Assembly (NCBI GenBank): GCA_964187785.1
Contig: CAXLNC010000888.1
Location: forward strand, 1-64,000
Length of the DNA stretch: 64,000 nucleotides
Direction of reading: 5' to 3'
Origin: Amphiscolops sp. MND2022
Taxonomy: Eukaryota
Shown here: positions 1 to 12,590 of the stretch, piece after piece
How the letters are laid out: the number at the start of each line of letters is the position of its first letter
How positions within the stretch are numbered: position 1 is the stretch's first letter
Made by a program: the position numbers and the translations under genes
Notes under the pieces: model-generated
What the model saw: only the letters and a program-made list of their open reading frames with translations
Told to the model about the DNA's origin: nothing
Database searches by the model: none

Positions 1-1
1 A

Positions 2-2607
2 CATCCTATCCACGCTTTCACTGATCATAAACCTCTTTTACACTGTTTTACGAAAAAAAGAAACCTTAGTCCACGCTTTTATAGAGCACAAATGCAACTC
101 ACAAAAGTTTCAAAACTTAAAATAATACATACTCCAGGAAAAAATCTGTTGCTGATTTACTCAGTCGATCTTTTACTAAAGAAGAATTACAAATCAATCA
201 ACTCAAACATAAACATCTTCCACCTCATATTGATTTTACAATACTACAAAACAACAAACTTAAACCAGTTCTTTACTTAATTAAACATGAAGAAGTTCTA
301 CCGCATCAAAAACACGATTCTCATCCAATTCTTGCAGATTATGGTACAGACCAATTTTCATTACGCATTATTGACAAAGGTAATGACATTATAGTTAAAC
401 CTTTGAATTCATTTTCATTCAAAGCTATCACTCCTTTTCAAACCAAATTTAAAGCTCCAGTCAAAAAACATAACAAATCCCTTCATCAACAATCTCTTCT
501 CCTCAATGACACTGATGTTACAAGTGATGATGAAGATCATATCTATACTCGAATTCCAAAACATAACTCTTCCTTTTCACCTGATGAAACCCTACATGAA
601 CAAGAAACCCTTTCTACAATAACCAAATCCAAATCCACCATAAAACCAAAATCTTCATCTGAAATTACTTCTGCTATAGACGTACAAACCAATTCTACTT
701 CTATGACACACTCTTCCCAATTAGTACCTTTTTACGACCCTTCTTTTTTCAAATTTAAAATGTATTTTCAAGGTTTCTTTCTCCCTGACGATTACTCGTT
801 GGACCTTAAAACACTTCAAAGACAACAATCTCAAGACCCAGTTCTCCGAACTGTACATTCTTGGATTTCACGTAATGAAAAGCCTGAATTTCTCACTCCC
901 CTTATTACTGGCAATCTCCTTTTACACGCATATTACAAACGATTTAAACAACTTTTCATTGATACCACTACTAACCTCATAAGCCTTTATATAACCAATC
1001 CACTTCCTCCTGAAACACATCATATCTCCATACCAAACCTACTACACAGTACCATTAGAAGTTGCCTACTTTTCGAATGTTTCAAACTGTATTTAACAAA
1101 TTACATGACCATTCTCATGCAGGTATTAAAACTAGCTACAACACCTTCTCTCAATATTATTACATTCCTTATCTTGAAAAATGGCTCTCTATTTTCATAC
1201 ATGACTGTCTTGAATGCCAAAAAAAACAAACACTTTAATATGAAAATTCAAACTGCTCCTACACAATCGTTTTCAGAACACGCTCCTTTCTTCAATTACA
1301 GAATCTCAATGGACACCAAAGGACCTATTAACCCTCCTTCACAACATAAATCATACATCCACGTCATTGTTGACGCTCTTAGCCACTTTGTTGTCACCGT
1401 TCCAATCAAATCGAACAATGCAAAAACTGCAGTTAAAACCTTATTACATCATTGGATTACAAAATATGGCCCTCCCATTTACCTTGTTACTGATAGAGGC
1501 TCAGAATATCTTAATAAAGATATGGCCCACCTTTGTACACTTATCGGTATTAGACATTCTCCACGAACCGCTTATTCTCCTTGGACAAATGGCCTGGTTG
1601 AAGTACAAAACCGAAATCTCGGCACACACCTTCGTATGTTTCTTCATAACACCCCTGAAGATTGGGCTTTTCAAGTACATATGTATGCTTACGCACACAA
1701 TTCCCATCCAATTTCAGAACTCAATGTTTCTCCTTACGAAATAGTGTTTCACACACGACCCAGAATTCCATTGACATTTGATCTCAATCTTAACCGTGAT
1801 AGCTCCAAAACTTGTATTTCACAATATTGTTCACAACTTCCAGAACACTCACACTATGACAAAACAGATTTAAACCCTTTCGTTTACAAAATTCTTTCAA
1901 AACCCGTTCCACAATGGTTTCTTGCTGTAGAAACTGCAATGTTACAAATTTACTCAACTGTAAATTACCATACTCTCAAAAAAGTCAATTCCCACGCATA
2001 CATCACTAAAACCTACCATGAAGGTAAACCACTTCCCATTCGCACCTTCGACCTTAAACGCTATTTTGCACACGTTCATTTCTCAGACAAACTTAAACCG
2101 CTTCGGATCGGCCCATACAAAATTCTCGATCGATTATCCGATGTTACATATGAACTTCTCGCACAAGACTCTCGCACTTCTCGCACAAGACCGTCGGACG
2201 GTTCTACATTACATGTTCACAGAAATCACTTAATCCCCTATTACCCAAAGAACCACTCTTGTATCATTACCTTCGCAGTTTCATGCGTTTCTCTGATTAA
2301 ATTAATTTTGACGTTCCAAAACCCATTGACAATGCCAACAGCGACTCATCACCTTTTAATTCCGATGAATCCTTTTCTGATGATACATCCTTTTCAGATA
2401 ATGACCAAACCTCGTCACCAAATAACTTTTCTTCACAAACTTCATCAAATACTAATCCTCCTTCAACAAGTGACTCACCTTTCCTATCAACTTTTCAACC
2501 TCCTGGTACCAATCAATCCCGTGACAGAACTCGTCACCCATCTCAAAACCAATCTCCATCACCTTCTCCTACAAATAATAGAGATACCAAAATTCATTAT
2601 AATTTAA
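2..2607 (+). pseudogene. pol: pol 3' half: RNase H C-terminus plus integrase (HHCC, DDE, GPY/F), frameshifted
   Basis: Frame 2 reads HAFTDHKPLL...HTPGKNL, then shifts to VADLLSRSF (RNase H). LHDHSHAG...WLSIFIHDCLEC (HHCC) lies at ~1100-1220 in a frame shifted from ORF 403. Catalytic residues: ISMDTKGP (D ~1312), VTDRGSEY (D ~1492), NGLVEVQN (E ~1600), giving D-35-E spacing. GPY/F region: IGPYKILDRLSDVTYEL...VHRNHLIPYY. Confidence 0.93.
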
Positions 2608-3479
2608 GACAACAACCAAAAATGGATTATCGTATTTTTATACCAACATCCAAACTGTAAAACATTCATCCACTTTATAGTCACTGTTCCAACTAGTCAC
2701 ATAAAATTGGACTACCAACCTGGATTCTTCATCTGAAACACCTCCCTCTGTTCCTCATATACCTTCTACATCTGACTCCTCAGTTTCAAACACCACTACA
2801 AATAGTAATGTAACTCCTGTAACTCCTTCAAAACGACCAAGATCTCATATTATAACTACTTCACCAACACCATCTTCTCATACAACATGTACTCATATTA
2901 GTAGACCACCCATTGCTGAAATACCGTATATTCCTCGTTCTCGATCTCAACCATCATTTGTTCATATACCACACCCTCCTACAGTAGCACATCTTGTAAA
3001 TTACAATCAACCCAACTGCTATTAAAACTGCTCGTGTTTCACCAAACCTTCCCTCTAAATTAGATATTGTACCACTACCTGATATTGAATATACACCTCT
3101 ACCTACATTACACCTGCCATCTGAATCTTCTAATCGATCTCACATTTACCCTCCTTTAAAACCACTAAGACATCCTTCTACCTCTCTTTCTAACTTGATA
3201 GACTCTGCTTCAGAATATCAACCACAAACAGATACTTCCGGTTCTGAAATTATACCTCAACACAGATACAACCTTAGACCTCTTCCAAATAGACGTCTAA
3301 GTGCAACTGATTCATCAACTCTCAATTTTTCGCACTTTCTAGCAACTCTGCATCACGTCTTCTTAGACAACACGCTCAACATCTATCTTCTGATACAGCA
3401 CACTCTTCAGACTTTGTTCCACAATCCTATCTTACTTCTGGACTAGACACAGCTTCCCTACTCTCTTCTGACCTCCAAA

Positions 3480-4035
3480 CTGCATATTTATCCGGCAATC
3501 TCTTCTCTGAAGTCTTAGTACCTACACTTGTTGCTCCTCACGTACGTATCCCCGAATATTATACTTTTGATCAATCAAGACCACCCACTCCTAATTTTGC
3601 AGATTACTCTATACGCGTAGACGGAATCAATATATACGATCCTCAAAACGATCCTCGTTTCCCTATTCTTGCAGAACGATTCATTACTACAAAAAACTTT
3701 CAAATAAACGAAAAGAAACCGAACTCAAACGACTTCAAACTCCTAACTTAGAATTGAAATTCGAAGTCAAAGTAAAGTTTCAAGGTCTTAATCCTCATCC
3801 TATATTTCACGTAGCAAAGATTGAACACAAAACACCTCCTGCTCCATTTGAAGTAATATTAGTCGATTTCAACCGTGATCCTGAATTACACAATTTAGCT
3901 TATGGCAAAATTATTTTCTATAATCCATTCTCTGGACTCAAATATACAACTTCCTTTAAATACACACATACTCTTCATAACTCACTTATTTCTCTTTTCC
4001 ATAAACTCTTTTTTTACATCCTCCATTCCTATTAA
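3480..4035 (+). pseudogene. Possible small accessory ORF between integrase and env (frameshifted)
   Basis: Complex, protein-like peptide SEVLVPTLVAPHVRIPEYYTFDQSRPP...DPRFPILAERF, continuing after a shift into KFEVKVKFQGLNPHPIFHVAKIEHKTPPAPFEVILVDFNRD (ORF 3754..4035). It follows low-complexity P/S/T sequence. Family not recognised. Confidence 0.4.
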
Positions 4036-6555
4036 CCCAACTGATGATAACAAATACCTTCCATCTGATGACCCAAACATAACAAACCTTATGGTCTCTC
4101 ATTATGATTGTGAAAAACAACATAACCTTCGCCAATTTAACCTTCTCAATGTTAAACAATGTACCGAAGCCCCCTCTAACATACAACATGCAAATATTCA
4201 AGCCCGAGTTTATGTTCGAGCAAAAGCTAAACGTATTCGCGCTTTCAAATGCGAGACATATGCTAAAAAAGAAAGAAAAGTTTGTTTTCAAGGTAATGTT
4301 AAATATAGACGTGTTGATAGAACTGTTTGGAACCATAATACCATGCCACTACCGATTACACTTGATCCTCTTGAATGTAAAAATCTTATTAGACACCTTA
4401 ATGGAACTGATAACAAAATATTAAACAACTTTAACTTTAACAAAACTTTTACACTTCTAGAAGACCACTACTTTCAAGAACAATTAGAAAGATTTCAAAC
4501 CCCTTTCACTGTTTATCAATTCAACAAAATGTATACAGGTACATTTACCTATATGCCTACTGACAAAACATGGATATATGACCCACTTCGAAACCCTCAT
4601 CATAACTGTCCAGCTCACCACCAATTTGAAGTCAACTTAGTTAGTTGGCGTCTTGCTATATCTGGAATTGAACTTACATATGATGATACACAAAACGCTA
4701 TGATCATTGGTCATACTCTCCCATGTTACTTTGCTGATGGTTTTTGTAAACCTACTACGAAAACTCCTTTCACACTTGTATGGTTTAGTGACGACTTTTG
4801 TCTTATTTTTACACTACAAGACTTTATTGGACGCATGACTAAAATAGACGACCGTTATTGGATAGAAACAGACTCTTTTGTACATTCTGCAACTGCAAAA
4901 AAATCTTCTTCTTTCGATGGTATTAAGGGTACCTCTTATCCTTATATTCGTGCTCCTCATACTGAAACTCCACATAACCCAAGTCTTTCTCGTTTTGAAG
5001 TTTTCCCCAATGCACATACCTTTTGCGGAAAACCTGAACCTCTATATTCCACACAATATTCCGACCTTTTTGTTACTTATACTGAAGGATTTAACATGCA
5101 TACAGGACAACCAATTCCCACTTCTATAATCAATGAATATAATTCTGGCAAAATTATATTGAACAATTCTAATAACAAATACATCTTTCCTGCATTGAAC
5201 GTTTCTAACAACTTTGCTACAATAGACTATGATGCCCATATAAATACTAAAATTGATTACACCATTAACCATGTATTTTGCTCTATGACTGTCCAAGAAC
5301 TTAATACTCTTCATACAGTATGTGAATTAGAACGCAACCAACTTCTTACAATACTTGCAATGTCAGTACAGAATCCTCAACTTGCTGGCTTCCTTTTAAC
5401 AGGAAATCGCAGTAACTTTCTCTATGTTGAAGGATCTACTGCTTTGCTATATGACCGCACACACTTTCTGTCTCCATTATACATTATGCTACTCCTATTA
5501 CATGTGATAATAACCCAAATAACAATATTGAACTTGACCCTGATTCTGATGATCAAGACTTCTATATTCTTAGCCCTGAACCTATTAAACGAAAACCTCC
5601 ACTTATGTTTACTCCTTCCCAAATTAAAACTACAATACGACCTAATACCTTTACAGCTCAAGATGCTGGTATATACTCTAATGCAGAACTAAATCAATTT
5701 TGGAACAGAATTTTATTTTGAAAACACTCTGATACTACCCTTCAACTTTTAGGATAAGCTCTTAGCTATTCCTTTATTTCTTCTAATACACCTGATTATG
5801 ATGCAAATTCCCCACATGGTAACCCATATAATACACTTCGAATTGGACTTCATGATCGATTAATAAACCTTACTCCCCTTTTTACTCCTACATGGTTCTC
5901 TGATGCCTTTATTGCTTTATTTGGATACCCATGTTACATTTTGACACAATGTGGAAATTACTTTTCCACATATCTTTTTCTACAAACAATGTTAACTCTC
6001 ATTGTTAAATTATACAAAACCATTTCCATAAAGTACAACCTGAAACAAAATATTACACTTCTCAACTCTATTGCAGGTTTTCTCAATATTCTTACAGCTG
6101 ACATGATACATGACCTGAAAAATACTCGTTCTAAATCATCCTCTAAAAGTTCACACCAACTGCCAAACATTACTGACAACCCAATAGATGAATCTTCATA
6201 TAATCCTAATGAGACAACTGGTATTTCTTCAAATCCAACTGGTATTACTTCACCACCACCTTTTTATACAAAACGCCCAAATCGGATTTCCAAAATGACT
6301 CGTTTTAAATTCCTTCCAAAACGAAAGCCATATTCCAATCAAACATCTCATAATGTTCACTCCAAATCTAATACTCCATCATCCTTACCACATTATTTTC
6401 CTGTCACCACAAATCCCAATGATTACTCTTTAAATACATCATCTGTCGATTGTGAGATGGACACTCCTGTCCGCATATATTCAAAAACTAATTACTCTTT
6501 TCCTCCGCCATCTTTTAACACTGATCACTTTGACTTTTTTACTCCTCCAACATAG
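3902..6555 (+). pseudogene. env: Envelope glycoprotein, chuvirus/herpesvirus-gB-like (class III fusogen), disrupted
   Basis: Hydrophobic leader ILFITHLFLFSINSFF. Cys motifs SHYDCEKQHNLRQFNLLNVKQC, FKC...KVCFQG, PCYFADGFC, WFSDDFC, FCGKPEPLYSTQYSDLFV and TVCELERNQLLTILAMSVQNPQLAGFLL. Deletion/frameshift at ~5480, TGA at 5719 and TAA at 5755, then hydrophobic WFSDAFIALFGYPCYILTQCG..FSTYLFLQTMLTLIV in frame with ORF 5941..6555. Confidence 0.8.
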
Positions 6556-6807
6556 CTGGCCACTCTTCTAACTTCATCAATCTCAACTCTCTTCTCACAA
6601 AAACTTCTTCTTTGCAAAAATTTCAATTAATTCTCTAAACACTTCTTTCTCTGACAAACTCTACATACTTCTCTCTTTCAACAATTGAATCGAAAATCGT
6701 CATTAACCTAAACATTCGTGTCAACATTCCTACCCCAAAAACTTCGGATAAAGCCACACGTTAGTGTTTTGTTTCCATATTGTACTCTCCAAAAATTTCT
6801 TCATACT

Positions 6808-8016
6808 ATGACCCAAGCACAACTAGATTTTCAAAATATGACTTCTCAAGTAACTCAAGAACAAATTGATCTTCAAAATCAACTTGAAATGCACACTGCT
6901 GACCTTATTACTAAGACTCTTTCAAATGACTCTCCTGTTCTGTTTCTTGATACTAAAGAAACGCCTGATGATCCCATTCCTGATCGAATGGAACACCAAA
7001 ATATTCCTTCAAAAAATAAAACACCTTCGGATCATGATCAATCTCCTGACACTCCTCCACCTACATAAAAGAAATATGAAATCATGAAAGATCCTGCATT
7101 TCTTTTATCACCAATCTATCCACCAATACTACCTACAAAACCACAACTCTCTACAAACCGTGATGACTACCTTGTACCAATACTTTCTACAAACCGCTTT
7201 TCCTTCAAATCACAACTGACTTCTCAGTATATGCTTCCTACTGATTATACCTTCAAACTGTATGATAAAAACCAAGATTTTTTCACGTCCATTGCTTCTA
7301 AATTTATGGCACCCTATCAATTTTGGCTTGAAAATGCAATCAAAATATTTTCCCTCCAATTCAATTTCCTCCGCCCATCGATCTATGATCTAAAAACGGA
7401 TGAAAACGATCCATCGTTTCTATCAGCAGCACAAAAAGCTACTCATCATTTAACATATACTCGCTTTCTTCAACACTCAAAACCTCAAAACTGTATATTT
7501 GCAAACTATAAATATACTTCTCCTTTAACCATGACAAATTTGTACACTATTGATTACTCCAAAATAACCGGATACCTTCGAAACTATGATCCAATCAAAC
7601 AATATTTTTGTTTGCTTCCTCATAATGATACATCTCGTCCTCTCATCGTACCTCAAGAGTACCTTATTCATTTTGATGACTTCTTGTTGCCCTGCAACAT
7701 TCCCACTCAGATTGTCAAACCTTTGATAGTTATTAAACATCTTGTTTCTACACCACTAGACGACAAAGATACCTCACATTATACCGCTCTCTATAAACAA
7801 TCCTATTCTTACAATGAACTTTTGTTCATAGCCGCGAAAGTCATCTCATACATGGTTCAAGCTGAACAACAACTCACAGTTCAAAATGAACAACGTTCTT
7901 ATAACGATCATAAATCTCCTTCGAAATCTCCCATCAAACAAACTACCAGTGAAAAACTTACGACTATACTAAATAATCGTACTCTGAAGGATCTCACCCA
8001 AATGTTAGATCCATAA
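6808..8016 (+). pseudogene. Accessory ORF3 downstream of env (~402 codons, one internal TAA at 7066-7068); function unknown
   Basis: ORFs 6718..7068 and 7084..8016 share a frame and are separated by one stop; ATG at 6808. A clear homolog lies at ~32640-33460: FWLENAIKIFSLQFNFLRPSIYDLKTD vs FWQNKCIRFFQFQFKLLKPTQHDLNTN, and NYDPIKQYFCLLPHNDTSRPLIVPQEYLIHFDDFLL vs NYDPDKQYFVLTSYHGLTRPLFVPQEALYLKDDFLL. Confidence 0.8.
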
Positions 8017-8682
8017 AAACGCAATTCGTCCGATTCTCCAATCACTACCCTTAATCATCTCATACATTGTCATAACAGAACTTCGCAACTCCTTCAAACT
8101 CTAGATCTCGATTCTCAACGCATAACACAATCCTCTCAAGCAATCCAATCTGCGCTTGAATCTATGAATACTCTTTTTAATACTCTTAATATCTACTAAA
8201 TCTTCTCTCAGGTAATACAAGTTTCTTTAATTTTCCTCCGATATTGGACATTTTTGGACACTTTCCTGTGTTGAACATATTCTTTCCAAAATACAGGTAA
8301 CATTCCTTATTTATTTTTCATACATTTTGCCTATATCTTTAGCACACAAACTCAATAATCTATTTTACTCTTGCTCTCTCTTCTAGCACTTTTTAGGACT
8401 CTCTTTTAGATTTATAAGACACAAACAAAATCCATATTAAAGCACCAAATTATGTGACAAAAACTTCTGGCATTCTGTTCTCAAATCTCAGACTACTTTC
8501 GTTTTAGAAACTTCTATTCTTCCTCCTCCTTCTGGTCTTCTTTCAGTCTCCGCCAATTCCAGAAAATTCTATCAAGACTTCACCTTTCATTCTTCATCCA
8601 ATGGCCAAAAGTCTGAAATAAAACAACTTGTTACTTCAACTGAATCAAAAGTCCATAGCCTAAAGCTGCCATTTTTCATACT

Positions 8683-9072
8683 ATGGCTTACAAAATGTCT
8701 CTGGAAATAAACAAAGGAAATGTCACTCTTCCTACTCGTCGTTCCTTTCTTAAAGTTCTATACAATGTATGCCAGATCAAGAAAAAGCAGATCACATTTG
8801 AACAGTATTATCGAGTTCATGTTCATGGACCGAAAATCGCCATTTTCGAAACTACTTCTGACACTGCGTTCGTCCTTAACTCCGCATTTACTACAAAGGA
8901 CAACTATTTTCAAGTAGCACAGGATGACCCTATTGACGCCTTCAATGCCGTACTCTTAGACTTTGGGTACACACAACAATTGCAGCGCTACAACCCTGAG
9001 ACCCATCAAGTTCACCCTCCGTCAAAACATCCATTCTGGCCGAAGAATTACACTTCTGATAATTCCAACTAA
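8683..9072 (+). CDS. Hypothetical 129 aa protein in the 3' region of copy A
   Basis: Intact ATG-to-TAA ORF with globular-looking composition, on the same strand as pol and env. No homolog seen in the window. Confidence 0.4.
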   Translation: MAYKMSLEINKGNVTLPTRRSFLKVLYNVCQIKKKQITFEQYYRVHVHGPKIAIFETTSDTAFVLNSAFTTKDNYFQVAQDDPIDAFNAVLLDFGYTQQLQRYNPETHQVHPPSKHPFWPKNYTSDNSN

Positions 9073-10207
9073 CCTATTTTCTTCACTTCTCATCACTCTT
9101 ATGCTGTTGCTTTCTTCCAGGGCTTCATAGATGTCATCATTGTCAACATGCATCTTTCACTTCCTGCTTCTCAACCTCTCCACATCGCCACTCCTTCTCT
9201 TGCGTCGCTGCTACTCTTCTTCGCTGTCTCTCTAGACATCGTCACTTTGTGGTCCTCTCTGCTTCTTCGTCAGATGACTACATCACTTCATCTTACTTCA
9301 AACTTTAAACTTTTACGAAACTTCGTCGCTGTATAATCTTAATCTATAATCTTATCCCAGTATAATCTCAATCTATAATCTTAAAAATACTATATCCAAA
9401 TACTCTAATAACCAATTGTAAACAATGTATACTCTATAATCTTTATTATGTTAGTCAAAATTAATATACTATATGCAATTTAGTGCTTAACGTCTCAAAA
9501 CCCTATATTCGTTGTTGCTCTATAATCATCTAATATTAACATTTTTGTACCAAATACGCAAATTCGCCATATATTACATATTATCTTACTAAATATATTC
9601 TTGTCCTCCTTCCTTTTTCACAGTACAAGACCTATTTTTATAGAACAAATGTTTTACCTTAGGAATTTGAACTGAAAATTTGAAGTTTGAATCCTTTTCC
9701 AGTCATTCAATCTTTCTTTTCTTTCGAATGAAAAATTAACTCAACCGTTGTTACTTCTAGACTTCTTCACACTTTGTTCACAACCAGCCAATGTTTGTTC
9801 ATACCTCATTGACAACTTCCAAAATCGGTCTTCAACGCCAAAAGTTTTCAATTGAATGCTCACTTGAAGAACACTCACATATTTTTTTCAAAAACAAGCC
9901 GATGGAGCTTATCAAATAAACCATAACAGAGGCTGTCAATCAATAACTCGAACTCCAAATGTCAAAATCCAATATTGACAGAACGTTGCACCAATATGAA
10001 CCGTCAAATGACTAAGAAGTTCTAACCGTCCTAGGTTGTTCTCACTCCTTAAGTATGGTACTCGAATATAGCATGAAACATTGAACACCTATAGTACAAA
10101 ACCCAAACCTTCAGAACATATAGATATATTTTTCAAAACCCGGTCGATTTTGACGTCATGACGCATGACATCAAGAATCCTAAATTTGTGAAAGTATAAA
10201 TAAACCT

Positions 10208-10569
10208 TGTGACCTGATAGCATGACAGATGTCACTCTACTCAGAAGTTAATACTCCATTATTGCGATGCTGATATTTCATTATAATTTAATCTCTTGAA
10301 CTTCATCTTATAATTATTTGAAGTCTATTTAATCTCATTATTGATTGATGTACTAACTAAATCTATATAATCAGAGTAACTCGAATGTTGTAATCAACCA
10401 GTACTCTCATCCTCGAAGAGAAAGAATTCTGAAATCTCAGTCTGAATAGTCCTACTCAGTTCATTGAAATAAGTATAGCTAGCTAGACGGTATTCTGTTA
10501 AGACTTAGTAAGAACTTCTTATGTATTCACTAAAAGAACTAAAGTCAAACAACCAACAAGTCTTTAACA
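10208..10569 (+). repeat. LTR-like segment TGTGA...TTAACA (second copy 13866-14228)
   Basis: TGT/ACA termini, AT-rich, TATA-like ctatataat inside, abuts a truncated gag. No TSD or PBS found. Confidence 0.4.
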
Positions 10570-12590
10570 GCTCAACTTCCTCGGAAAACTGAATCAAGGG
10601 GCAAAAAAAAGCGTTTGGTGACGATGCTCAAAATATGATTGACAGTCTCCTCTGCGCAAAATTGCCACCGAAATTGAAAAGATCAGTCAATATGGCCAGA
10701 TTGGAAAACGGCTCCTACGATGAAATAGTTGCTCAGTTGGAAAAAGAGCTTGAGTTTAAGGCCCATGAGGAGTCAGATGACCTAACAATGGCAACGATGA
10801 CTTCCTCTACATCTAAGCCCAAAAGCTTTCTCTCTAATGGACTATCACACGGCATTGTGTGCAATTACTGCAAAGAAAAAAGCCATTTAATCGAAGACTG
10901 TGGGAAATTTGAAAATAAAAAAGAGAAGGATGCCCAAAAAGGTAAACCGACTCAGAAGAAAGTTCACCCTGAGTGTAGAACTTGTGGCAAGAAAAATCAC
11001 CCTGAAGAACGTTGTTGGCAAGGAGCAGGTGCCCATCTCAAGCCTAAACGTACTAGGCCTGAAGTTCCATCGGATCGCAATCCAGACTCGAAAATGCAAA
11101 AACCACAATACAATTCAACATCGTCTGGCTCCCAGTCCACATCCAAGAAGGACGACCAAAAAACCTAGCTTCGCCACGACTCCAACACAACGATCTAGTA
11201 TCAGTCCGACAATTTGTCAGATCTGACAATCCAAAAGAAGTCTTCCACGAACATCAACAACAATTGATGGGGTATCCCTCTGTTGTCTGGCAGCAACAGA
11301 TGGAAAAAGCTATACCCATCACAAATAATAAGACACATTCGTACCAAAAACCAATTCCTGTTTGGGACCCTGATTACACGACAAACTTCACTAGCCGATT
11401 CAGGCCCATTCCCTACAATCCGACGTACATTGATCCACACTACAGCAGAGATACCTACTGGGACACTGAAATCTATAACCAGGACTTGCTGAAATTCTAG
11501 CATGTCCTAGACGATATCGAATTCCACAACAAATCAGTCCATAAAAATCCACTGATAACTCACAACAAGAACTCTCGGGTGCTCGACAAAAACTAGGGCG
11601 CTCAAAGAATACCGAAAACAACGCAGAACCGACGCCTCAATCGCTATTGGACGAAACACAATTCCAAAACGTTCTTATCACCAAAGACGGTCAGATTGAC
11701 TGTATACTCACTTTCTACAAAAATCAACCTCTAATGCAAGAAACGCATGTTGTATTTGTCAATGGACTATGGGGAATTAACCATAGAGGTCTAATCGGCC
11801 TGGGGCATTGTCCAGTGCAATTCCTGAAATGGACCTCCGGAAAATCCGTTTACTTTCTCCACAATCAGTTATCCGGGAGGGTCCACCCCCGAAATTTCAA
11901 ATATTGGTCGCTAATGGACAATTAAAAACCTTAAAAGTACAATTGATCTGAAAGTTGAGGTTGGTGATATCGAGTTCCATGAAATCTTCATAGTAATTGA
12001 GGACCTGCCGAGACCAATAATTGGACTACTGTTCCTCCAGAGAAATCATACAGTCCTGGACATGAAGCATGGCATTCTGAATTTCCCATTCTTTTAGATG
12101 CAACTCAAAACAGCGGATCATCGATACTCTAATGTTCTTGATTCAATCCCGAATCCTACAGAAATAGCCATTCCACCGAACGATAGAGTCCTAATTAGGA
12201 CAAATTCACTACTCTATCGCGAGAACGCAGTCACTGGCTTACTTCAACCAAGTGACCTTTTACACGAAGAGGGGGATATTACATGTTGCCCAGCACTGGT
12301 CACCTTGACTGATACCAGTTCAAAAACAGCAAAGTTCAAAAAAGGACTGCATTTTGCTAATTTTTCTGTGATGACGCCAGAACAGATAAAATACGTCAAA
12401 CCGATGGACCCAGTGTCAACCTGGAATCTACTACAAAATGACCAGGAACAAGCAGCCCACAATGTTAGCAGTCTCACGAAGACAAAAAAAATCCGCAAAT
12501 TTCTGTGAAAATATTGGTTTCCGACTCCAGAGAATCCTGGAGTCCCTGATGAACACACGCCTATCCAGAAAGAATCCTACGTGAATTACA
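10570..12590 (+). pseudogene. gag: Gypsy family B fragment: gag C-terminus with two CCHC knuckles, degenerate protease and start of pol (duplicate at 14229-16248)
   Basis: CNYCKEKSHLIEDC and CRTCGKKNHPEERC (CX2CX4HX4C). Decayed protease region ...GLIGLGALSSAIPE...PIIGLLFLQRN. Homologous to the minus-strand element at 26.7-28.4 kb (LPPKLKRSVNMAR shared). Confidence 0.88.

Larger units (their letters stand above)
1..9818 (+). mobile_element. Large env-bearing Ty3/gypsy LTR retrotransposon, copy A (5' part outside window, 3' end undefined, decayed)
   Basis: RNaseH-then-integrase order (gypsy type), followed by a glycoprotein ORF and further same-strand ORFs. Uniformly G-poor plus strand up to ~9.8 kb. 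No LTR could be delimited for this copy. Confidence 0.85.

Noticed and set aside
2240-2700. Chromodomain after integrase
   Set aside because: Only low-complexity S/D/P/T sequence follows the GPY/F region.
3902-6555. env as errantivirus/baculovirus-F or retroviral class I type
   Set aside because: I saw no furin site followed by a fusion peptide and no retroviral TM motif; the Cys pattern fits class III better.
3902-8016. Stand-alone endogenous chuvirus
   Set aside because: No L polymerase or nucleoprotein; the glycoprotein is collinear with gypsy integrase and a PPT/LTR.
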